DNA of 15,256 nt. Origin: a virus. Lineage: Duplodnaviria > Heunggongvirae > Uroviricota > Caudoviricetes. Location of the stretch: IMG/VR virus record IMGVR_UViG_2526164646_000014. The stretch is one strand, 5' to 3'. The notes under the pieces were generated by a model. That model was not told the origin of the DNA, ran no database searches, and saw only the letters and a program-made list of their open reading frames with translations. Below, piece by piece: positions 8,588 to 15,256 of the stretch; the stretch's first letter is position 1, and each line of letters begins with the position of its first letter. A program made the translations under genes and the position numbers.

Positions 8588-8613
8588 CTCAATCTGTTAT
8601 CCGGGGCTATATT
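8584..8613 (+). promoter_or_regulatory. pR'-like late promoter (TTGACT-18 bp-TATATT)
   Basis: -35 TTGACT at 8584..8589 and -10 TATATT at 8608..8613, immediately after Q. Confidence 0.5.
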
Positions 8614-8674
8614 CCTCACGCGCCAGCAAAATCTGGCGTCGGGATTGGCGTCCCGGATGTTTACGGAGCGATAT

Positions 8675-8697
8675 GAGACGCGCCCGCGTCTTTTTTC
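8675..8697 (+). terminator. tR'-like intrinsic terminator
   Basis: gacgc-gccc-gcgtc hairpin (8677..8690) followed by TTTTTT (8691..8696). Confidence 0.75.
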
Positions 8698-8974
8698 ATA
8701 TCGTTTGCACAGTCACATTCGCGATTTATGGCGGGCTGTGTGGGGGAGCCGAAAGGCTCGCCGGTTTCCGTACCCGGTTACGCCAACCCTGCACAGTTCG
8801 CCACCAGTTCGATTGGCGTCGTCGGTGGCGATAATTTCCAAATGTACGGAGTTATCGTTATGACCACTCAAATCTCTGTTGAAACTCTCTCCCCGATCAC
8901 CCATAACCAGTGAGGTAGCCTGAGTTTAACGGACACTCCTTCCTGAAATAGAATGGCATCAGAAGGAGCTAATA

Positions 8975-9277
8975 ATGAGCAGAAAAACCCAACGTTACTC
9001 TAAAGAGTTCAAAGCCGAAGCTGTCAGAACGGTTCTTGAAAATCAACTTTCGATCAGTGAAGGCGCTTCCCGATTATCCCTTCCTGAAGACACTTTAGGA
9101 CAATGGGTTACCGCCGCCAGAAAAGGGCTCGGTACTCCTGGTTCCCGCACGGTGGCTGAACTGGAATCTGAAATTCTGCAACTGCGTAAGGCGTTAAATG
9201 AAGCTCGCCTTGAGCGAGATATATTAAAAAAAGCAACAGCGTATTTTGCACAGGAGTCGCTGAAAAATACGCGTTAA
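8975..9277 (+). CDS. IS600 OrfA (HTH plus leucine zipper)
   Basis: MSRKTQRYSKEFKAEAVRTV...LERDILKKATAYFAQESLKNTR. Confidence 0.85.
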   Translation: MSRKTQRYSKEFKAEAVRTVLENQLSISEGASRLSLPEDTLGQWVTAARKGLGTPGSRTVAELESEILQLRKALNEARLERDILKKATAYFAQESLKNTR

Positions 9278-9312
9278 TCGAACAATGGCGACAACAATTT
9301 CCCATTGAAGCG

Positions 9313-10131
9313 ATGTGTCAGGTATTTGGTGTATCCAGGAGCGGTTATTACAACTGGGTACAGCATGAACCCTCAGACAGAAAACAAAGTGATGAGCGGC
9401 TAAAACTGGAGATTAAGGTGGCACATATCCGCACTCGCGAAACATATGGAACCCGGCGGCTCCAGACGGAGCTGGCAGAGAATGGCATCATCGTTGGTCG
9501 TGACCGACTGGCACGTCTTCGTAAGGAGCTGAGGCTACGCTGTAAGCAGAAACGCAAGTTCAGAGCGACTACGAACCCGAACCACAATCTGCCAGTTGCG
9601 CCAAATCTGCTGAACCAGACGTTCGCTCCTACAGCACCAAATCAGGTCTGGGTGGCGGACCTGACGTATGTTGCCACACAGGAGGGATGGTTGTACCTCG
9701 CTGGCATCAAAGATGTTTATACGTGCGAAATTGTCGGCTACGCCATGGGAGAGCGCATGACAAAAGAGCTGACAGGTAAAGCCCTGTTTATGGCGCTCAG
9801 GAGCCAGCGCCCACCTGCCGGGCTAATCCACCACTCTGATCGAGGTTCACAGTACTGCGCATACGATTACCGGGTCATACAGGAGCAGTCTGGTCTGAAA
9901 ACATCAATGTCGCGTAAAGGTAACTGTTACGACAACGCTCCGATGGAAAGCTTCTGGGGAACGCTGAAAAATGAGAGCCTGAGCCACTATCGTTTTAATA
10001 ACCGGGATGAAGCCATCTCAGTAATACGGGAATACATTGAGATTTTCTACAATCGTCAGCGTCGTCACTCTCGTCTGGGGAATATCTCCCCGGCAGCCTT
10101 CAGGGAAAAATATCATCAGATGACTGCTTAA
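9313..10131 (+). CDS. IS600 OrfB (DDE transposase catalytic domain; expressed as OrfAB by -1 frameshift)
   Basis: 272-aa ORF in the -1 frame relative to orfA, with IS3-family DDE-region sequence (WVADLTYV..., HHSDRGSQY). Confidence 0.85.
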   Translation: MCQVFGVSRSGYYNWVQHEPSDRKQSDERLKLEIKVAHIRTRETYGTRRLQTELAENGIIVGRDRLARLRKELRLRCKQKRKFRATTNPNHNLPVAPNLLNQTFAPTAPNQVWVADLTYVATQEGWLYLAGIKDVYTCEIVGYAMGERMTKELTGKALFMALRSQRPPAGLIHHSDRGSQYCAYDYRVIQEQSGLKTSMSRKGNCYDNAPMESFWGTLKNESLSHYRFNNRDEAISVIREYIEIFYNRQRRHSRLGNISPAAFREKYHQMTA

Positions 10132-10779
10132 AAAAAGAACAAATGGTAGTGTCCGCTATTGCCAGTACACCTCACAGATTCCTGTTATTACCACCGAACT
10201 TTTGGCGCAGCTTTACGGCACTGAGCCGGTGCGTATTCGCCAGAATCATCATGAGAACAAAGTACGCTTCGTTGAAGGGAAACACTTTTTCAAAGTTGTT
10301 GGTAATGACCTTAAAGAATTGCGGGTCGCTTTAAACTACTCACAAAATCCAGTTTCACCCAAAGCCCGCTCCCTCATCCTCTGGACAGAACGAGGCGCAG
10401 CACGCCACGGCAAAATGCTCGAAACCGATCAGGCGTGGGATGTGTTCGAAAAACTGGAAGACTGCTATTTCAGTCAAAGGGATCCGTCAACGCCAGTTTC
10501 ATGCCAGAAAAGTTACGACACGCGAGTTCTCTGTTATCAGAGAGGCGGTGTCACTGTTTCCACAATTCAGTTACGGGATGATGATATTGTTATTTCCCTT
10601 GAGTCATGGCTGGAACTGGCGAGAGCCAATGGTTGGTTTGTTGTTCGCAGAGATAAACTGGTGGAAAGGTTGATGCAGCTTTAAAAAAGTTCTTGCATTT
10701 TTGCACATAAACTGCTTCAATTCCGGTAAGCTTCGCAAAGCTGTATCGCGAGGCGAATAGCAGACATGGACACTTGAAA

Positions 10780-10805
10780 GAACCCGCTTTATGCGGGTTT
10801 TTTTG
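10780..10805 (+). terminator. Rho-independent terminator after the ORF6N gene
   Basis: acccgc-tttat-gcgggt hairpin followed by T7 tract. Confidence 0.75.
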
Positions 10806-10854
10806 TGCCTGAAAAATGGCACAGGGCGTTAAACGCGCTGGTGGTCAGATGAGT

Positions 10855-10883
10855 TTGCAGATGTGATGACATATGGTTATTAT
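10855..10883 (+). promoter_or_regulatory. Candidate sigma70 promoter for the tRNA cluster (TTGCAG-17 bp-TATTAT)
   Basis: -35 at 10855..10860 and -10 at 10878..10883, placing the start about 3 nt before the first tRNA 5' end. Confidence 0.45.
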
Positions 10884-10892
10884 TCTGCCTCC

Positions 10893-10969
10893 GGCCCTTT
10901 AGCTCAGTTGGTCAGAGCGAGCGACTCATAATCGCCAGGTCGCTGGTTCAAGTCCAGCAAGGGCCACCA
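10893..10969 (+). tRNA. tRNA-Ile2 (anticodon CAU, lysidine type; formally could be Met)
   Basis: Hand-folded cloverleaf: acceptor GGCCCTT/AAGGGCC, anticodon loop CTCATAA (CAT at 10927..10929), T-loop TTCAAGT, encoded CCA; close to recalled E. coli ileX. Confidence 0.8.
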
Positions 10970-10970
10970 A

Positions 10971-11047
10971 CCACCACTAGCTCATCCGGATAGAGCATCA
11001 ACCTTCTAAGTTGACGGTGCGAGGTTCGAGTCCTCGGTGGTGGGCCA
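10971..11047 (+). tRNA. tRNA-Arg (anticodon UCU)
   Basis: Acceptor CCACCAC/GTGGTGG (unusual C1:G72), anticodon loop CTTCTAA (TCT at 11005..11007), T-arm CGAGG-TTCGAGT-CCTCG, encoded CCA. Confidence 0.75.
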
Positions 11048-11049
11048 GC

Positions 11050-11125
<76 letters not shown>

Positions 11126-11128
11126 TAT

Positions 11129-11203
<75 letters not shown>

Positions 11204-12274
11204 TGACCTTTCTTAAAGTACTCCAACCTACTGAATCCTAAGGGATACGGCTTTAAGCCTCCTTGCAGAGTTACTTACTGTAACCCACTGTGTAACCCTC
11301 TCAGGGCATACAGACATATGATTCAGCTATCCAGTAGTCACAAACTTCCAGCAGTCTACTATCTCTACCAGCGTAACGGCGTCTACTACTTCCGTCTTAG
11401 GGTCAGACAATCAAACAATGATAGAATGACCTCAATATCATTACGGACCAAGGATAGACGCACCGCTATGGCTTACTCAAGGCACATAAAGGCAGCACTC
11501 AAGGCAATACACGCAGACAGACCCAACGCTACCTACGAGGAAATGAGGGAACACCTTAAGGACATCGCTGAGTGTGAACTGTCTATGGGCCGTTCAGATC
11601 TCTTTGAGCCTGACATGAGGGATATCTACCGGGACCAATACGGAGAACTTGGTGAGAGCCTTACCGATGCTCTGGCTAGTGAGCCGCTAAGCATTGACCA
11701 GCATCGTTACATCAATGAGGCCCTGAAGGTGCTAAAAGCCTGTATGAGGCGTATCGAAGCGGGAGACAGTCAGCCTCTGATAGATTACGTCGATCTTTTT
11801 AATGATATTGATAGGCAAGATAACCAAGCAGACTCTGTGTCCCTATCTGTTAATGCTCCAGAAGTAAAACCAGAAGTTACGCCTAGCATTACCATAGCGA
11901 GCCTCTTTGAGCAATACGAAGCGGAGAACTATCAGAACTGGAAGCCTGCAACCTTAAGGGAAAACAAGGCGTCACACGCTGCGTTAATCGAAATATTCGA
12001 CCATCTGGGTCTCAATGCAGACGCTAACAGGGCTGACATGCTTAGGGTCCGTGATGTGCTCCAGCAGTTACCTAGGAACCGTAAGCAGCGCTTCAAGGAT
12101 GTCCCACTTGCTGACCTGTTGAGCCGTGAAGATAAGACAGATTGTCTGGATGTCGTTACCATCAACAACAAGTATCTTATTAAGATGGCTGCTGTCTTTA
12201 GGTGGGCTGTGCGCAATGACTTGATTAAAAAGAACATGACTGAGGGTCTGGAGCTTAAAGTCCCTCTGAAGTGG

Positions 12275-13441
<1,167 letters not shown>

Positions 13442-14259
13442 TGGAGCACCTGTGTTGTTCTGAGGTGAGCATATCACCTCTGTTCAGGTGGCCAAATTCA
13501 GTGTGCCACTTCACTCAGCGTAAAGCCTCAGGGGCCCGTAACGCCTTCTCTACGGAGCAGGTGGGGCAACTACTGGTCGCAGCTAAGGCATACTCTCAGA
13601 AGACCTCTGGTAAGCCGTATCATTATTATGTTACCGCCTTGGCTGCTATCACTGGGGCGAGACTCAATGAAATAGCCCAACTACAGGTCAAAGACGTCAG
13701 GACCACTGAGGCGGGAACCGTTTATATTCATATCAATGAAGACGATAGTAGTCTACCCGGTAAGAGCATCAAGAACGCTCATAGTGACCGCTGTGTGCCT
13801 CTGGTCGATGGGGCCTATGGTTTTATATTGGCTGACTTTATGGCGCTTGTAGAGACCCGTAGAGGCGCTGACGGTGATGACGCTATGGTGTTCGATGGTC
13901 TGCGTCTCATGAAGAACGGTTACGGTGAGCAGGTGAGTAAATGGTTTAATCGGACGTTGTTGCCTAAAGTCCTCGTAGACCGTAGCGGCTTAGCGTTTCA
14001 CTCGTTTAGACATACAGTTGCGACCCAGTTAAAACAACATGGGGTCGAGTTGGCGTATGCACAGGCGATCATGGGGCATAGTTCAGGGTCTATTACGTAC
14101 GACCGTTATGCTAAAGAGGTCGAGGTTGATAGGCTGGTCAATGTGATGGCTGATGTTTATAAGGAGACCTAGAGGAGACCATAGTCTAGGATGACACTTA
14201 CTACAGACCTGTGTGGTCATGTTTTTGACTCATAGTTTTCTCTACTTGTCAAGGATAAT

Positions 14260-14282
14260 TAATACGACTCACTATAGGGAGA
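14260..14282 (+). promoter_or_regulatory. Perfect T7 RNA polymerase class III promoter consensus (TAATACGACTCACTATAGGGAGA), +1 G at 14277
   Basis: Exact 23/23 match to the T7 -17..+6 consensus read directly from the sequence; points rightward toward the repeat region and the Rha-like gene. Confidence 0.85.
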
Positions 14283-14480
14283 AGGGACACAAAAAGTTTT
14301 CTCTTCTAGGACAACTAACCGTAACTTATCGCATCCTTTCAGGGGCGGGATGACCAATTACAGACACCAAGCGTTCTACTTAAAGTGAATGCTTCCTGTG
14401 TGCTCTGGGTCAGTCGATAAGTGAATAGCAATAAGACACAATCATCTTAATTATGGTCTCTAGTCCCTACAGGGGCTTAA

Positions 14481-14565
14481 CTTAAAGTTAACTTAAAGAC
14501 ACAATTAAAGATTAACTTATAGTATTACTTAAAGTTAACTTAAAGACACAATTAGAGATTAACTT
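14481..14565. repeat. AT-rich tandem duplication (38-bp unit cttaaagttaacttaaagacacaatta[a/g]agattaactt, period 47 bp) inside a ~140-bp AT-rich tract rich in TTAAAG
   Basis: Copies at 14481..14518 and 14528..14565 differ at one position; additional TTAAAG / ATTAAAGA motifs extend to about 14615. Confidence 0.8.
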
Positions 14566-14666
14566 TAAGTATTAAATAAAAGATTTAATTAAAGACCAAT
14601 TAAAGATTAACTCTAAGGGAATACCTTAAGGGGTGATGATATTTATAATAATCAATCACCAAACCT

Positions 14667-14743
14667 ATAGGTCTTCTCTAGGGTCTCTCTATAGGTCTTC
14701 TCTATGGTCTCTCTATAGGTCTCTCTAGGGTCTCCTCTAGGCA
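14667..14743 (+). repeat. Iteron array B: about 6 direct copies of a 12-bp unit (A/G)GGTCT(C/T)TCTCTA
   Basis: aggtcttctcta gggtctctctat aggtcttctctat ggtctctctat aggtctctct agggtctcctctagg, read directly. Confidence 0.8.
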
Positions 14744-14760
14744 TTACCCCCAGAAGCTAA

Positions 14761-14800
14761 CTCTATGGCCCTCTATGGTCCTCTATGGTCCTCTATGGCC
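14761..14800 (+). repeat. Iteron array C: 4 perfect tandem 10-bp units CTCTATGG(C/T)C
   Basis: ctctatggcc ctctatggtc ctctatggtc ctctatggcc. Confidence 0.85.
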
Positions 14801-14847
14801 CTGTACGTCATTCTTTAGGATGCCCTGTAGTTTCGTATAGCCTGATG

Positions 14848-14892
14848 CCTAGAGAGACCCTAGAGAGACCCTAGAGTGGCTCCTAGAGAGAC
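14848..14892 (-). repeat. Iteron array D: 4 copies of CCTAGAGAGAC (reverse complement of the array B unit)
   Basis: cctagagagac cctagagagac cctagagtggct cctagagagac; reverse complement GTCTCTCTAGG matches array B units. Confidence 0.8.
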
Positions 14893-15055
14893 CCTCCCAG
14901 TAGCTCCGCACAGCTACATCGTCATCATCATAGTATTCAATCTCAAAGTCATTCTGTTTGCATCCTGTTGTCCTGCTGGTCTCCCTTCGCTTGGGGACTT
15001 TGAGTAGGTCAGTGGGGGTGCGACTTCAGGGTGCAAACAAAAAGGAAATCAAGCG

Positions 15056-15228
15056 ATGTCTCAACAACCACAACAACCACAACAACCACAACAACCACAA
15101 CAAGAAATCAGCATCATTAACCTCGACCAGCTTGTGTCCATGACCTCAGTTGAAATTGCTGAGCTGACAGGCAAGGAGCACCGAAATGTCCTTCGTGATA
15201 TTCGTAAGATGCTCGAAGAACTTAACGC
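15056..15228 (+). pseudogene. Phage regulatory protein Rha-like (N-terminal 57 codons), truncated by IS1
   Basis: SD agga at 15043..15046; MSQQPQQPQQPQQPQQEISIINLDQLVSMTSVEIAELTGKEHRNVLRDIRKMLEELNA then the IS1 end; the SVEIAELTGKEHRNVLRDIRK stretch resembles the Rha family N-terminus (recalled). Confidence 0.6.
15062..15103 (+). repeat. In-frame 9-bp tandem repeat (CAACAACCA x4.7) encoding (QQP)n
   Basis: caacaacca repeated, read directly in the Rha-like ORF. Confidence 0.9.
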
Positions 15229-15256
15229 GGGTAATGCTGCCAACTTACTGATTTAG
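15229..15256 (+). mobile_element. IS1, terminal 28 bp of a second copy (runs off the window), inverted relative to the copy at 6301..7068
   Basis: GGTAATGCTGCCAACTTACTGATTTAG is identical to the end of the first copy at 7068..7042 (reverse complement). Confidence 0.85.

Larger units (their letters stand above)
8911..10174 (+). mobile_element. IS600 (IS3 family), complete 1264-bp copy with 3-bp target duplication CAG
   Basis: Ends TGAGGTAGCCTGAG... (8911) and ...GTACACCTCA (10174); CAG at 8908..8910 and 10175..10177; orfA and orfB intact with an A-rich slippery run at 9226..9233. Confidence 0.85.
8860..10684 (+). pseudogene. ORF6N-domain (antirepressor-like) gene split by IS600 after codon 17
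   Basis: N-terminal exon 8860..8910 (MTTQISVETLSPITHNQ) and C-terminal part 10178..10684 are in the same frame once IS600 plus one CAG copy (1267 bp) are removed. Confidence 0.7.

Noticed and set aside
8645-8913. ORFs 8645..8863 (+), 8713..8904 (-), 8728..8913 (+)
   Set aside because: They overlap the pR'-tR' leader and terminator and the start of the ORF6N gene; no SD; most likely non-coding.
14260-14282. T7 promoter as cloning-vector contamination
   Set aside because: Flanking sequence has no polylinker, lac operator, second phage promoter or other vector hallmarks and is continuous with the integrase gene and repeat arrays; cannot be fully excluded without read-level data.
14655-14900. 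Possible CRISPR array suggested by the short repeats
   Set aside because: Units are 10-12 bp, abut one another with no spacers, vary in sequence and occur in both orientations; no cas genes or leader.
14958-15243. ORFs 14958..15143 (+) and 15061..15243 (-) with HNN or CCG repeat translations
   Set aside because: Alternative-frame readings of the 9-bp CAACAACCA repeat; the Rha-like frame has the SD and a recognisable domain.

Overview
The window reads as an IS-riddled cryptic lambdoid prophage of the Escherichia/Shigella type (four different IS families: IS2, IS1 x2, IS600, IS911). Left to right: a truncated IS2 cutting into a phage replication module (O/YdaU-like fragment, DnaC-like loader); a nin-type moron block (two hypotheticals, an HNH endonuclease, an unknown protein, a DUF551-like protein, a 27-aa membrane peptide, a Hok-family toxin, a Rem-like ORF); an IS1 with intact 9-bp target duplication; then DUF1367-like, DUF1364-like and Q-antiterminator-like genes followed by a pR'-like promoter and intrinsic terminator. 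Downstream of Q lies the cargo region, which is the unusual part: an ORF6N-domain gene split by IS600, a four-tRNA cluster (Ile-CAU, Arg-UCU, Thr-UGU, Gly-UCC), a 534-codon tyrosine integrase split by IS911, and an ~880-bp non-coding region carrying a perfect 23-bp T7 RNA polymerase promoter, an AT-rich tandem duplication and direct plus inverted 10-12-bp iteron arrays, ending in a Rha-like regulator gene truncated by a second IS1. My leading hypothesis is that the integrase-to-Rha segment is a remnant of an integrative T7-like phage or a satellite that exploits T7-like helpers; this is inference from sequence alone. All IS, family and gene-name assignments are recalled from memory, not searched.
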